Assembly: GCA_049515535.1 (NCBI GenBank)
Contig: JBEKTZ010000004.1
Span: forward strand, 1 to 64,000
Reading direction: 5' to 3'
Source: Candidatus Aminicenantales bacterium
GTDB lineage: Bacteria; Acidobacteriota; Aminicenantia; Aminicenantales; UBA4085
Length of the DNA: 64,000 nucleotides
Positions 45,632-56,556 of this stretch are shown here, piece after piece (the first letter of the stretch is position 1; each line of letters begins with the position of its first letter). The position numbers and the translations under genes were made by a program. The notes beneath the pieces were generated by a model. It was not told where the DNA came from and did no database searches. It saw only the letters and a program-made list of their open reading frames with translations.

Positions 45632-46501
45632 ATGCCAGAAACCATAATCCAAAAAGTCACGATTCCCTCGCTCCGCGCCAAAAAAGAGGCGGAAGAAAAG
45701 ATCACGGCGCTGACCGCCTATGATTATCCGATAGCCCGGATCCTGGACGCCTCCGGCATCGATATCCTCCTGGTCGGAGATTCCCTCGGGATGGTTGTCC
45801 TCGGCTACGAGAACACGGTTCCCGTCACCATGGACGAAATGATCCATCACACCAAACCGGTCGCGCGGGCCGCGAAACGGGCCTTGGTCATAGGCGACAT
45901 GCCGTACTTCTCGTTTCACCTTTCGGAAGAAGAGACCGTGCGAAACGCGTTCCGGTTCATCAAGGAGGGAGGAGCCCGGGGCGTCAAGATCGAGGGCGCG
46001 TCGAAAAAAAGGCTGAAGCTCGTCGAACGCCTCGTCGAGGCCGAGATCCCCGTGATGGGGCACGTCGGGCTGACGCCTCAATCCATCCACCGGCTGGGCG
46101 GGTTCAAAGTGAGAGGCGGGGAGCGGGTCGAGGCGGAAAAGCTGATTCGGGACGCCGTGAATTTGGAACAGGCCGGCGCTTTCGCCGTCGTCCTGGAATG
46201 CATCCCGATGGAGGTGGCGAGGATCATCACGGCCAGGATCGCCATTCCGACGATCGGCATCGGCGCCGGTCCTTGGTGCGACGGCCAGATCCTTGTCTTT
46301 CACGACATGGTCGGCTGCGAGTGCGGCTATATGCCGAAATTCGTGAAAAAATACGCCGACCTTTCGAAGGCCGTGGCCCGGGCCGCGAACGCATATCGGA
46401 ACGATGTCCTCAAGGGCGCGTTTCCGGACGATGATCATTCCTACCATCTGAAGCCCGAGGTGGCGAAGGCGCTCAAAGAACGCGGCGAAGACAAGAGATG
46501 A
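45632..46501 (+). CDS. panB: 3-methyl-2-oxobutanoate hydroxymethyltransferase
   Basis: LTAYD, LVGDSLGM, VKIEG, GHVGLTPQ. Confidence 0.96.
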   Translation: MPETIIQKVTIPSLRAKKEAEEKITALTAYDYPIARILDASGIDILLVGDSLGMVVLGYENTVPVTMDEMIHHTKPVARAAKRALVIGDMPYFSFHLSEEETVRNAFRFIKEGGARGVKIEGASKKRLKLVERLVEAEIPVMGHVGLTPQSIHRLGGFKVRGGERVEAEKLIRDAVNLEQAGAFAVVLECIPMEVARIITARIAIPTIGIGAGPWCDGQILVFHDMVGCECGYMPKFVKKYADLSKAVARAANAYRNDVLKGAFPDDDHSYHLKPEVAKALKERGEDKR

Positions 46502-47349
46502 AAATCATCGCGGCGATTTCTGAAATGAGAACCGTCGTCCGCGAGTGGGCGTCGCGGGATGTCTCGATTGGCTTTGTCCCGACGATGGGCTTCCTCCATG
46601 CCGGCCACATCAGCCTCGTCAGGGCCGCGAAGAAGAACGCGGACGTCGCGGTCGTCAGCCTGTTCGTCAATCCGACCCAGTTCGGGCCGAAGGAGGATTT
46701 CAAGACCTACCCCCGGGATTTGGGTCGCGATGCGGCGATGCTCGAAGGGGAGGGCGTCGACGTCCTTTTTCATCCGAGCGCGGAGGAGATGTATCCCGCG
46801 GACTTCGCAACCTTCGTGGAGATCCCCGAGCTGCAGAATAAGCTCTGCGGCCGGTCGCGGCCGGGCCACTTCCGCGGCGTCTGCACCGTCGTCCTCAAGC
46901 TCTTCGAGATCGTCCGGCCGGACATCGCCTTCTTCGGTCAGAAGGACGCTCAGCAGGCGATCATCCTCCGGACCATGGCGCGCGACCTGAATCTCGACGT
47001 GCGGATCGAGGTCCTGCCCATCGTCCGCGAGGCGGACGGCCTGGCGATGAGCTCGCGGAACTTGTATTTGAGCGCGGACGAAAAGAGGGCGGCGCTCGTC
47101 TTGTCGGGAAGCCTTGGTGTGGCCAAGAGCTTAATCGATGGGGGAGAGCGGAATGCCGGGAATGTGCTGGCCGCCGTACGACGGATGATCTCAGGAGAGC
47201 CCCTGGCTCGCATCGATTATATCGAGGCCGTGGCGCCGGAAAGCCTGGATCCCGTCCGGGAGATCGCGGAGGGAACCCTGATCGCTCTGGCCGTCTTCAT
47301 CGGCAAGACCCGCTTGATCGATAATCTGATCGTCCAATTAGAGTCGTGA
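46498..47349 (+). CDS. panC: Pantoate-beta-alanine ligase
   Basis: VPTMGFLHAGH, RPGHFRGV, FGQKDAQQ, RLIDN. Confidence 0.96.
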   Translation: MKIIAAISEMRTVVREWASRDVSIGFVPTMGFLHAGHISLVRAAKKNADVAVVSLFVNPTQFGPKEDFKTYPRDLGRDAAMLEGEGVDVLFHPSAEEMYPADFATFVEIPELQNKLCGRSRPGHFRGVCTVVLKLFEIVRPDIAFFGQKDAQQAIILRTMARDLNLDVRIEVLPIVREADGLAMSSRNLYLSADEKRAALVLSGSLGVAKSLIDGGERNAGNVLAAVRRMISGEPLARIDYIEAVAPESLDPVREIAEGTLIALAVFIGKTRLIDNLIVQLES

Positions 47350-47355
47350 ACCCCG

Positions 47356-47712
47356 ATGCGAAGAACTTTATTGAAATCCAAGATCCAAAAAGCGCTGGTC
47401 ACCGAGGCCAACCTCGATTATGAGGGGAGTCTCGGTCTGGATCAACGGCTGATGACCGCGGCGGACATGATCCCCTTCGAGAAAGTACACGTCTACAACA
47501 TCACCAACGGGGAGCGATTCTCGACGTATCTGATAAAGGAAGCGGCCGGCTCGGGCAAGGTCGCGATCTACGGGGCTGCCGCCCACAAAGCCGGGCCGGG
47601 CGACCAGCTGATCATCGTCTCCTACGTCCAGTTGGACGAAAAGGAGATCGTATCCTTCACGCCCAAAGTCGCCATTCTGGACGAACGCAATCGGATCAAG
47701 ACGATCCGCTGA
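47356..47712 (+). CDS. panD: Aspartate 1-decarboxylase
   Basis: LKSKI, YEGS cleavage site, NGERFSTY, GAAAH. Confidence 0.95.
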   Translation: MRRTLLKSKIQKALVTEANLDYEGSLGLDQRLMTAADMIPFEKVHVYNITNGERFSTYLIKEAAGSGKVAIYGAAAHKAGPGDQLIIVSYVQLDEKEIVSFTPKVAILDERNRIKTIR

Positions 47713-47718
47713 GCGGCG

Positions 47719-47802
47719 TCAGTCTTCAGGTTGAAGAACGGCTCCCAGCGCCGGATCCAGGTCTTTGCGGACCCTGCCCTCCTCATCTATGATCTGGAGC
47801 AT
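47719..47802 (-). pseudogene. Short remnant resembling an E1-alpha (PdhA-like) N-terminus
   Basis: AAGGAGG RBS then MLQIIDEEGRVRKDLDP..., stops after 27 aa. Confidence 0.35.
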
Positions 47803-47813
47803 GTCGTCCTCCT

Positions 47814-48092
47814 TTATTTCAGCGCCCACTCCTTGAGCTTTTCGTACGGAATTTCGCCGCACACGGCCTTTTCGGTCTCCGTGTTTAGAAAGGTCGGAAC
47901 CCGGAGCTGAACGCCGCATTGGGGGGTCAGGATGGGCCGGTATGATCTCATCAGGTCGGCGTTTTTTTCATCGTGCCAGATCTCTTGCCGTTCGATGGAG
48001 ACGCCGGTTTCCTTCTCCAGTTGGTCCACCAGGGGCATCATCGCCCGGCAGTGGGGACATTCCCGTCCGTGGAACATAATGAGTTTGGCCAT
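47814..48092 (-). CDS. Thioredoxin/glutaredoxin-like protein
   Basis: ECPHC active site, VPTF cis-Pro motif. Confidence 0.85.
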   Translation of the reverse strand: MAKLIMFHGRECPHCRAMMPLVDQLEKETGVSIERQEIWHDEKNADLMRSYRPILTPQCGVQLRVPTFLNTETEKAVCGEIPYEKLKEWALK

Positions 48093-48115
48093 GATTCACC
48101 TCTCTTGCGCGTTTT

Positions 48116-48541
48116 TTATCGTTTGATGAACAGCCCGCACCAGCATTCTCCCTTTTCCTGGCCCTGATAGGTTTCATGGATCAGGAAGTTGCAGGGGCAG
48201 ACGATCTTCAGGTCTTCCTCGAATACCTTGCCCATCAGCCGGCAGGGGCAATATTTGAGCCCGTGGTTGCTCTCGTTGTTGAAGATGCCTTCGAAAAGCG
48301 TTTCAATGCGGGCGCGGTCGGGATTGACCATGAATTCGTTGCTTTCCGTGAACGCGGCGATGGCCTTCCGGAAATCGTCTTTCGCAAAATCGCTCTCGGC
48401 CGCGGCTCCGGTGATGATCTTCGCTTCCTTTGCCGAGATCTCGACATAGGCGTTCTTCACCTTGCACGTCGGGCAGACCTCGGGCGGCTTGACTCCATAA
48501 TGGATGTCGTTACAGACGAAACATCGCCAGAATTTCTTCAT
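48116..48541 (-). CDS. Rubredoxin-like domain fused to a ferredoxin:thioredoxin reductase catalytic domain
   Basis: WRCFVC..PPEVCPTC, then YCPCR, VCPC and ECWCGLF. Confidence 0.85.
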   Translation of the reverse strand: MKKFWRCFVCNDIHYGVKPPEVCPTCKVKNAYVEISAKEAKIITGAAAESDFAKDDFRKAIAAFTESNEFMVNPDRARIETLFEGIFNNESNHGLKYCPCRLMGKVFEEDLKIVCPCNFLIHETYQGQEKGECWCGLFIKR

Positions 48542-48600
48542 GGCTTCCTCCTGTTTATTCTTGGCTTTTCCCAAGGAGCGGGAGAAAGCGAAAATGGATT

Positions 48601-50067
48601 CTAATCCAGGCGGTAATTAGGGGCTTCTTTGGTGATCGTTACGTCGTGGACATGGCTTTCCTTAAGTCCCGCGGCCGATATCTTGATGAATTTGGCTTTT
48701 TTCTGCAGATCTTCGATCGTCCGGCAGCCCGCATAGCCCATTCCCGATTTGAGTCCTCCGACGAGCATCTGGATGATCGAGGCGACGTTTCCCTTGTAAG
48801 GGACCATGCCTTCGATGCCTTCCGGTACGAGCTTTGTCTCGGCCGCGGCCGCGTCCCGGAAGTAGCGGTCGAGGCTTTTTCCTTCTTTCATGACTTCGAG
48901 CGAGCCCATGCCCCGGTAGATCTTGTAGGACCGGCCCTGGTACATGACGACCTCGCCCGGCGCTTCGTCCGTTCCGGCCAGGATATTGCCGACCATGACC
49001 GTGCCGGCGCCCGCGGTGATGGCTTTGGTGATGTCGCCCGAGAACTTGATCCCGCCGTCGGCGATGACCGGGATTCCTTTGGCCTTGGCGATCTTCGAGA
49101 CGTCGGCGATGGCCGTGATTTGGGGGATGCCGACGCCGCTGACGATGCGCGTCGTGCAGATCGATCCGGGCCCGACGCCGACCTTCAGGGCGTTGACGCC
49201 GAGCTCGATGAGGTCCGCCGCCGCTTCGGCCGTCCCGATGTTGCCGGCGATCAGCTCCAGGGCGGGAAATTCCTTGCGCAGCATCTTGACCGTTTTGAGG
49301 ACGTTTTGCTGGTGGCCGTGGGCGGTGTCCACGATGAGAACGTCGACCTTCACGCTGATCAGCGCCTGGGCCCTCTCCAGGGTCTCGTCCCCGACCCCGA
49401 CCGCCGCGCCGACTCTCAGCCGGCCCAGATCGTCTTTCGATGACTGGGGATATTGGATTCTCTTGAGAATGTCCTTGTACGTGATCATCCCCTTGAGGTG
49501 GCGCTTATCGTCCACGATCAGGATCTTTTCGATTTTGTGTTTGTGAAAAAGCTTCTCGGCCTCGGCCAGCGACGTCCCCACCGGGACCGTGATCAGGTCC
49601 TTGGTCATCACCTTTTCGATGGCCAGGTTCAACCGCGTCTCGAAGCGGAGGTCGCGGTTCGTCAGAATGCCGACCAGCTTGTTGTCCTCGTCCGTGATGG
49701 GCAGTCCGGAGATGCGATATTGCTGCATCGCTTCCTTGGCTTGGAAGATCTTGTCCTGGGGCTTCATGCAGATCGGATCGTGGATCATCCCGCTTTCGTG
49801 CCGCTTGACCTTGTCCACTTCGTCGGCCTGGGCCTCGATCGACATGCTGCGGTGGATGATGCCGATGCCGCCCTGCTGGGCGATGGCGATGGCCATTTTC
49901 GATTTTGTCACCGTGTCCATGGCGGCGCTGACGAGGGGGATGTTCAACGGGATGTTCTGGCTGAGGCGCGTGGCGACGAGGGCGTCGCCCGGAACGACAT
50001 CCGACTTGGCCGGGACGATCAGGACATCGTCGAACGTGAGGCCTTCTTTGATGGTGTCATCAAACAT
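48601..50067 (-). CDS. guaB: IMP dehydrogenase
   Basis: [31 protein letters not shown]. Confidence 0.97.
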   Translation of the reverse strand: MFDDTIKEGLTFDDVLIVPAKSDVVPGDALVATRLSQNIPLNIPLVSAAMDTVTKSKMAIAIAQQGGIGIIHRSMSIEAQADEVDKVKRHESGMIHDPICMKPQDKIFQAKEAMQQYRISGLPITDEDNKLVGILTNRDLRFETRLNLAIEKVMTKDLITVPVGTSLAEAEKLFHKHKIEKILIVDDKRHLKGMITYKDILKRIQYPQSSKDDLGRLRVGAAVGVGDETLERAQALISVKVDVLIVDTAHGHQQNVLKTVKMLRKEFPALELIAGNIGTAEAAADLIELGVNALKVGVGPGSICTTRIVSGVGIPQITAIADVSKIAKAKGIPVIADGGIKFSGDITKAITAGAGTVMVGNILAGTDEAPGEVVMYQGRSYKIYRGMGSLEVMKEGKSLDRYFRDAAAAETKLVPEGIEGMVPYKGNVASIIQMLVGGLKSGMGYAGCRTIEDLQKKAKFIKISAAGLKESHVHDVTITKEAPNYRLD

Positions 50068-50079
50068 CGTGCCTCCTTA

Positions 50080-52686
50080 TCATTTCTTTTTTCGTCTTGA
50101 TGGAATGATGGACCGGGCCTGCCTGGCTTTCTGCGTCGGCGCGTTTTGAGGCTGTCCGTAGGATAGCGGCCGCTGCCGCCTCTGCGGCATTTCCACTTCT
50201 TGCGGCCGCTCCGAAACCGGTTGGATAAGGAACAGGAAACGGATCGTCTCTTCCTCGATCCGGTCCAGCATGGCCTGGAACATATCGAAGCTTTCCTTTT
50301 TGTATTCGATGAGCGGGTCTCGCTGGCCGTAGCCGCGCAAGCCGATGCCTTCCTTGAGATAATCCATGCCCAAAAGATGGTCCTTCCATTGCGTATCGAT
50401 GACCTGAAGGAGAATGATCCGCTCGAATTCACGCATGGACTCCGGGCCAAGGAGCTTTTCCTTGTGCTCGTACCCTTCGACGAGATGCTTGTGCACGAGA
50501 TCCCGGAGTTCCTCGAAGCCGATCGCGTTCCATTGGATCCCGATGCCGTCGACGTTCAGGCCGAACTGGGAGGAGATGGCCTTGCGGAACGCTTCGAGAT
50601 CCCAGTCATCGGGCGCCTTGTCCTTGTTGACGTAGCTGTCCATGTGCCAGTCCAGGATTTGTTCGACGAGCTCGAGGACGTAGTCTTTCATGCTCTTGCC
50701 CTCGAGGATCTCGCGGCGCTGTTTGTAGATCGTCTCGCGCTGCTTGTTCATGACGTCGTCGTATTCGAGGAGGTGTTTGCGGATGGAGAAGTTCTGCCCT
50801 TCGACCTGTTTTTGGGCCCGCTCGATCGCCTTGCTCACCATCCTGTGCTCGATGGGGACGCCCTCGCCCATGCCGATCCGAGCCATGAGGCCCGATATCC
50901 GCTCGCTGCCGAAGATGCGCATGAGGTCGTCCTCGAGACAAAGGAAGAAGCGGGACGAACCCGGATCGCCCTGACGGCCGGCGCGCCCGCGGAGCTGGTT
51001 GTCGATACGGCGGGCCTCGTGCCGCTCCGTGCCCGTGATGTGGAGGCCGCCCAGGGAGATCACCTTCTCATGCTCCTCCCTGGTGATCTTCGCGGCGTCG
51101 GCCAAGGCTTTTTCCCACTGATCCTGGGAGGCTTTCAGAGGATCGATCCCGGCGCGCTTGAGCTGCTCTTTGGCCATATATTCGGCGTTCCCGCCGAGCA
51201 GGATGTCCACGCCGCGGCCGGCCATATTGGTGGCGATGGTCACGGCGCCGACCCGGCCCGCCTGAGCGATGATCGAAGCTTCCATCTCGTGGTATTTGGC
51301 GTTGAGCACGACATGCTTGAGTCCCTTCTTGCGGAGGAGGGAACTCAAGTGCTCGGATTTTTCTATCGAAACGGTGCCGACGAGGACGGGCCGCCCGTTG
51401 ACGTTGCTGTCCACGATCTCGGCGGCCACGGCTTCCCATTTCTCCTTGGCCGTGCGGTAGATGACGTCGGAATACTCGGTGCGGATGAGGGTCTGGTTCG
51501 TCGGGATATCGACGACGTCCAGGTTGTAGATATGCTCGAATTCGGCGGCCTCGGTCGCGGCCGTGCCGGTCATGCCGGCCAGCTTCTTGTACATGCGAAA
51601 ATAATTCTGGAAGGTGATCTGGGCGAGCGTCTGGTTTTCCTCTTCGATCCGGACGCGCTCCTTGGCTTCAAGGGCCTGGTGCAGGCCGTCGCTGTAGCGG
51701 CGGCCGGGCATGAGGCGTCCCGTGAACTCGTCGACGATGATGACCTGTCCGTCCTTGAGCATGTAGTCCACGTCGCGCTTGAAGAGATGATGAGCCTTCA
51801 AGGCCTGGTTGATGTGATGGACGAAGTCCATATGGGCCAGATCGTAGAGGTTCGTGACGCCGAGGAATTTCTCGGCGTCCGCGACGCCGTCTTCCTGGAT
51901 GGAAACCGTCCGGGTCTTTTCGTCCACCGTGTAATGCTTGTCCTTGTGGAAGCGGCGGATGAGCTGGTCGACTTTGTAATACAATTCCGTGGATTCGTCC
52001 GTCGCGCCGGAAATGATAAGCGGCGTCCTCGCTTCATCGATGAGGATGCTGTCCACTTCGTCCACGATGGCGAAGTTGAATTCGCGCTGGACGAGGTCGG
52101 TCAGGCGAAACTTCATGTTGTCGCGGAGGTAGTCGAAGCCGAACTCGTTGTTCGTGCCGAAGGTGATGTCGCAGCGATAGGCCTGCTGGCGCTCCTGATC
52201 GTTCATGGCGTGCTGGATCGTGCCGACGCTTAGGCCGAGGGAATTGTAGATCGGGCCCATCCATTCCGTATCGCGTTTGGCCAGATAATCGTTGACCGTG
52301 ACGATATGGACGCCCTTGCCGACAAGGGCGTTGAGGTAGGCGGGCAGAGTGGCAACGAGCGTTTTTCCCTCGCCCGTCTTCATTTCGGCGATCTTCCCCT
52401 GATGGAGGACGACACCGCCGATGAGCTGGACATCGAAATGGCGCATGGCGACCTTGCGCCGGCCGACTTCGCGGACGACGGCGAATGCTTCCGCGAGGAT
52501 GTCGTCCAGAGTCGCGCCCTGGCTTAATTTTTCTTTGAATTCAGCGGTTTTCGCCTGGAGTTGAGCGTCGCTGAGAGTCTGGAAGCGGGGTTCGAAGGCG
52601 CCGATCTGGGCGACGAAAGGCAGGAGTTTTTTGAGGTCGCGCTCGGCCTTCGTGCCGAAAATTTTAGTGCTGAGCCACTTGAACAT
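50080..52686 (-). CDS. secA: Preprotein translocase SecA
   Basis: [46 protein letters not shown]. Confidence 0.97.
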   Translation of the reverse strand: MFKWLSTKIFGTKAERDLKKLLPFVAQIGAFEPRFQTLSDAQLQAKTAEFKEKLSQGATLDDILAEAFAVVREVGRRKVAMRHFDVQLIGGVVLHQGKIAEMKTGEGKTLVATLPAYLNALVGKGVHIVTVNDYLAKRDTEWMGPIYNSLGLSVGTIQHAMNDQERQQAYRCDITFGTNNEFGFDYLRDNMKFRLTDLVQREFNFAIVDEVDSILIDEARTPLIISGATDESTELYYKVDQLIRRFHKDKHYTVDEKTRTVSIQEDGVADAEKFLGVTNLYDLAHMDFVHHINQALKAHHLFKRDVDYMLKDGQVIIVDEFTGRLMPGRRYSDGLHQALEAKERVRIEEENQTLAQITFQNYFRMYKKLAGMTGTAATEAAEFEHIYNLDVVDIPTNQTLIRTEYSDVIYRTAKEKWEAVAAEIVDSNVNGRPVLVGTVSIEKSEHLSSLLRKKGLKHVVLNAKYHEMEASIIAQAGRVGAVTIATNMAGRGVDILLGGNAEYMAKEQLKRAGIDPLKASQDQWEKALADAAKITREEHEKVISLGGLHITGTERHEARRIDNQLRGRAGRQGDPGSSRFFLCLEDDLMRIFGSERISGLMARIGMGEGVPIEHRMVSKAIERAQKQVEGQNFSIRKHLLEYDDVMNKQRETIYKQRREILEGKSMKDYVLELVEQILDWHMDSYVNKDKAPDDWDLEAFRKAISSQFGLNVDGIGIQWNAIGFEELRDLVHKHLVEGYEHKEKLLGPESMREFERIILLQVIDTQWKDHLLGMDYLKEGIGLRGYGQRDPLIEYKKESFDMFQAMLDRIEEETIRFLFLIQPVSERPQEVEMPQRRQRPLSYGQPQNAPTQKARQARSIIPSRRKKK

Positions 52687-52810
52687 TGCCTATTTTTACC
52701 AGAAAAAGACGAGGTTTGTCAATTGACAGAGGGGGAGGAGATGATGTATGGAATGAAGATCGATAGCCCTTTTTCCGCTCGATACAGCTGACTGTTGGAC
52801 GGCCTTTGAG

Positions 52811-53968
52811 ATGAACCGAAAGAAGATCGCTTTTTGCGTTTTGGGAATACTCCTCATCGCGGCCGCGTTCTACGGCGTCTATCTCGGCTGGGTCAAGCAC
52901 GACATGAGCGATTTCGGCGTCTGCATCAAAAACGGCAAGCGGATCGTGGACGGCGAAACTCTCTATCCCGGAGAGGAGATCGACAAACACCTTCAGTTCA
53001 AGTACGCCCCCGTTTCCGCCCTTTTCTATGCTCCGCTCTCCCGGCTTCCCGTAGAGACGGCCAAAATCATCTGGTATTACCTGGAACTGATCCTGTTGTT
53101 CGCCGTTTTCTGGATATCCTATAGACTCCTTCCGTCCCGCGGCGCGGGGCCCTGGTTCGTCATGGGGCTCTCGCTCCTTGTTTTTCTTAAATACATCGGC
53201 CGCGAGATCGAACTCGGCCAGGTGAACATTCTGATCATTTTTTTATTGATCACGATGCTGGCTTTGTCGATGAAAGAGAAAGATCTATGGGCCGGCGGTC
53301 TGTGGGGCATCTCGCTGATCTTCAAGCCCTATGCCCTGGTTTTCCTGCCGTATTTTATCCTTAGAAAACGATTCAAGCTTGTCGCCTCCGGTCTCGCGGT
53401 CTTATTCGCCGGGATGCTCTTGCCGGCCTTGTTTTACGGTTTCGCGGGGAATTTGACCGTTTTGAAAGAATGGGCCCTCACCCTGTCCAAATCCACGCCC
53501 GGGCTGATGATCGTCGTGGATAACGCCTCATTTTATTCCTTCCTGACGAAAGCTCTGCCCGGCCATCCCGAGAACGTGGCCAAGGTTCTCTGGCTGGCCT
53601 TCGGGCTGTGCGCCGCCGTCTTGTTTTTATGGATGATGGGACAGGCGAAAAAGCGGTCGATTAAAAAGCCGGAAATCCTGGAAGCGGCTTTTCTGATGAT
53701 CCTGATCCCGATTTTTTCGCCGCTGGGCTGGTTTTACAATTATCTGTACGGCGTCTTGGCCGTCGTTCTGCTCATGAATTTCCTGCCGAAGCTCCCGCCT
53801 TCCTGGAAAACCGTTCTCATCGTGGATTTCATCATGATCGGCGCGTCCCTCAGGGAAATTTTAGGGAAAACTTTGTTCCGGTTTTATAACTATAACTCGC
53901 TGATGGCCATCAATTTCCTGGTTATTCTCGGCGCCCTGGCCTATGTCCGGGCCAAAAGAATCGCTTAA
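52811..53968 (+). CDS. Glycosyltransferase family 87-like (GT-C) membrane protein
   Basis: SDF, FKYAP, GQVN, FKPY motifs; multiple TM helices. Confidence 0.8.
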   Translation: MNRKKIAFCVLGILLIAAAFYGVYLGWVKHDMSDFGVCIKNGKRIVDGETLYPGEEIDKHLQFKYAPVSALFYAPLSRLPVETAKIIWYYLELILLFAVFWISYRLLPSRGAGPWFVMGLSLLVFLKYIGREIELGQVNILIIFLLITMLALSMKEKDLWAGGLWGISLIFKPYALVFLPYFILRKRFKLVASGLAVLFAGMLLPALFYGFAGNLTVLKEWALTLSKSTPGLMIVVDNASFYSFLTKALPGHPENVAKVLWLAFGLCAAVLFLWMMGQAKKRSIKKPEILEAAFLMILIPIFSPLGWFYNYLYGVLAVVLLMNFLPKLPPSWKTVLIVDFIMIGASLREILGKTLFRFYNYNSLMAINFLVILGALAYVRAKRIA

Positions 53969-54033
53969 AAAAAATCCCCCCATTCCCCGTTTTGGGCACG
54001 GACGGAATAGGGGGATTGTCCCGAGACGATGGT

Positions 54034-56109
54034 TTATTTCCTGCCCAGCAGTTCATCCACAAGCGGTTTGGCGTTGTAGATCTTCGTCAGGGCTTCGATG
54101 ATGCCCTGACTGTGAACCATGACCGATCTGTTCTGAACGTCGGAATAGTTGAACCGGGTCGGCCCCGACTGGATGTTGCCGTCGAACAGGACGCCCGAGA
54201 ATTCACCTTTCTTATTGATGACCGGGGAGCCCGAGTTGCCGCCGATCGAATCGCAGGTCGCGATGAAGTTAAGCGGCGTCGCGAGCTTCAACTGGGCTTT
54301 GCCCTTCAAGAAACTGGCGGGAAGCTCGTAGGGCGGTTTGTTGCCGAACTTGGCCGCTTTGTCGAAAAGCCCCTGGAACGTCGTGAAGAACGGGATCTTC
54401 ACGCCCTTCTCCATATACGTCTTGACGGCGCCGAAGCTCAGGCGCAGGGTGGAAGTCGCGTCCGGAGGCATGGACGTTCCTTTGAGCTTGAACATGGCCC
54501 GCGCGATGAGGGAGCCGTTCCTAGCTTCGACCGATTCGACTTCGGTCTCGTATTTTTTCCGCAGCCCGCGGGAGAGAGGATCGACGAGCAGGGCCAGTTT
54601 GATCATCGGGTCGTCGGATAAATAAACGGCGTCGAGGCCGCCGTCGATGTACTTCTTGCGGACGTCCACGTCGCGGAGCTTTGTTCCCGCGATCAGCTCT
54701 TTCGCGACGTCTTCGGCCAGCTTGCCGGCCAACAGCCATTTCACTTCCTGGTAATTCCCGAATTCCTTTTGGAGCTGGATGAGCGAATCGGTCAGATTGA
54801 ATACTTCGAGCTCGTCATAAACGGGCGTCACGGTCTGCAGACGGCGGGTGATCGAAGGGAGGGCGGCGTCCCTGAACTCTCGCAGCCTTTCGTCGTTGGG
54901 TTTGCCCCTTTCCAAGGCCAGCCGGACAAGCATCCGGGCCGTGGAGAAATACGTCGTGCTGAATCCGGCGCTGCCTTCGAAGAATCTATAAGCTTTGAAG
55001 AATGCGGCGTATTTATTTTGGGCTACGGCTAGTTCGTCCCAGGCTTTGCCGAATTCCTTGTCCAGGGCCGGGTCCTTGCGAACGGCGTCGCGGAAGGCCT
55101 GTTCTTCCTTGGCTTTCCCGGCTATCAAGTTCTTGTCGATGAGGCCGGATTGATAGCCGATTGTGGCTTTCAGGCTGTTCTCGATCCCGAACAGCGTTCC
55201 CTGGGCTTGGCGGGCATATTCGGGGCCGCGCTTGCCGTACTCCTGAAGAAGGGCCCGGCGCCTCTCGAGGTTCGCGATTCCGAAAGGATAGCTCACGTCG
55301 CGCAGGAATTCCATCTGGGCCAGGGTCAGCAGCCGGCCTGTGGACCCGGGGTGCCCGGAAGCGAAAACGAGTTCGTTTTCCTTGACCCCGGCGGTGTTCC
55401 ATTTGAGATAATGCTTAGAATTGATCGGCTTGTCGTTTTCGTAAATGCGAAAAAGCGTGATGTCGAAATCGTAGCGGGGATAGGTGAAATTGTCGGGATC
55501 TCCGCCGAAGAAAGCGCTGGCGTATTCGGGGGCGAAAACGAGGTGGACGTCGGTATAAACCTTGTATTTATAAAGGTGATACATGCTTCCGGAATAGAAG
55601 TTGACGACCGTTGAGCGCAACCCGGTCTTCTCCAAGCTTTCCTTTTCCAGGGCGGCGATGACCTTGTCCTTGGCTTCCGCGGCTTGAGCGGCCGTCATGT
55701 CCGGTTTTTCGGCGGCCAGGACCTTGCCGGTGACGTCTTCGATTTCTTGGAGGACCGAGAGCTCCATGCCCGGCGCTTTCAGTTCTTCGGCCCGGGTCCT
55801 GGCATAAAACCCGGTCTTCATCAGGTCCCGGTCCTTCGTGCTCAAATTCTGGATAGCCCCTTGGCCGACATGATGGTTGGTGAGGACGAGGCCGTCAGGG
55901 GAGACGAACGAGCCCGACGCGCCGCCGAAACGGACGGAGGCGAGCTGAACGTGTTGCAGCCATTCGGGCGTAATGGCGAAGTTATATTTGGCCTTGAGGA
56001 TGCTGGATGGCGGCATGTTGAAAAGCCACATGCCTTCATCGGCGTGGACGGGAATGAAAATGGCGAGGACGAGAAAGACGACGGCCATTTTGGCTTTAAG
56101 CTGTTTCAT
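54034..56109 (-). CDS. S46 family dipeptidyl peptidase
   Basis: ADEGMW, LTNHH, PDATSTLR, DSIGGNSGSP, FDGN. Confidence 0.95.
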   Translation of the reverse strand: MKQLKAKMAVVFLVLAIFIPVHADEGMWLFNMPPSSILKAKYNFAITPEWLQHVQLASVRFGGASGSFVSPDGLVLTNHHVGQGAIQNLSTKDRDLMKTGFYARTRAEELKAPGMELSVLQEIEDVTGKVLAAEKPDMTAAQAAEAKDKVIAALEKESLEKTGLRSTVVNFYSGSMYHLYKYKVYTDVHLVFAPEYASAFFGGDPDNFTYPRYDFDITLFRIYENDKPINSKHYLKWNTAGVKENELVFASGHPGSTGRLLTLAQMEFLRDVSYPFGIANLERRRALLQEYGKRGPEYARQAQGTLFGIENSLKATIGYQSGLIDKNLIAGKAKEEQAFRDAVRKDPALDKEFGKAWDELAVAQNKYAAFFKAYRFFEGSAGFSTTYFSTARMLVRLALERGKPNDERLREFRDAALPSITRRLQTVTPVYDELEVFNLTDSLIQLQKEFGNYQEVKWLLAGKLAEDVAKELIAGTKLRDVDVRKKYIDGGLDAVYLSDDPMIKLALLVDPLSRGLRKKYETEVESVEARNGSLIARAMFKLKGTSMPPDATSTLRLSFGAVKTYMEKGVKIPFFTTFQGLFDKAAKFGNKPPYELPASFLKGKAQLKLATPLNFIATCDSIGGNSGSPVINKKGEFSGVLFDGNIQSGPTRFNYSDVQNRSVMVHSQGIIEALTKIYNAKPLVDELLGRK

Positions 56110-56316
56110 GGAACCTCCTCATGAATAAAAATTTATCCTATCACAAACGCAGATGAAAATGAATGAGAAGAGGGAAGCCGGATCGAGCCCCTTGATTTTG
56201 CCGCAACGGCGCGTATGATACCTCTTGGAAGCCGAGGAGAATTCTTCTCGAATCGGGAAGGCGGGGATAGATCTATGGGTCGAATCCCCCTCCGGGTATT
56301 GAAAGGTCGACGGACG

Positions 56317-56556
56317 ATGATAAATCTTCTTCTTGCCCCCCAGGCGGTGCCTTTGAAGCTCGTCGATATCGTTGGCGGCGAGCGCGTACGCCGTCGCCTG
56401 TTCACCCTGGGATTTCACGCGGGCGATATCATCGAACGGAGCGCGCAGGGAATCCTGCGTGGGCCCGTTTTGATCAAGAATATCGAGTCGGGCGTAACGG
56501 TCGCCATCGGCCGGAGCGTGGCCCAAAAAATCATGGTCGAAGCCGTTCATGGATAA
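56317..56556 (+). CDS. feoA: Ferrous iron transport protein A
   Basis: RRRLFTLG, GPV, AIGR..AQKIMV. Confidence 0.85.
   Translation: MINLLLAPQAVPLKLVDIVGGERVRRRLFTLGFHAGDIIERSAQGILRGPVLIKNIESGVTVAIGRSVAQKIMVEAVHG

Noticed and set aside
50200..52233. 677-aa antisense ORF
   Set aside because: Shadow of secA
56215..56316. Metal-sensing riboswitch upstream of feoA
   Set aside because: A hairpin is possible but no recognisable NiCo or other aptamer consensus
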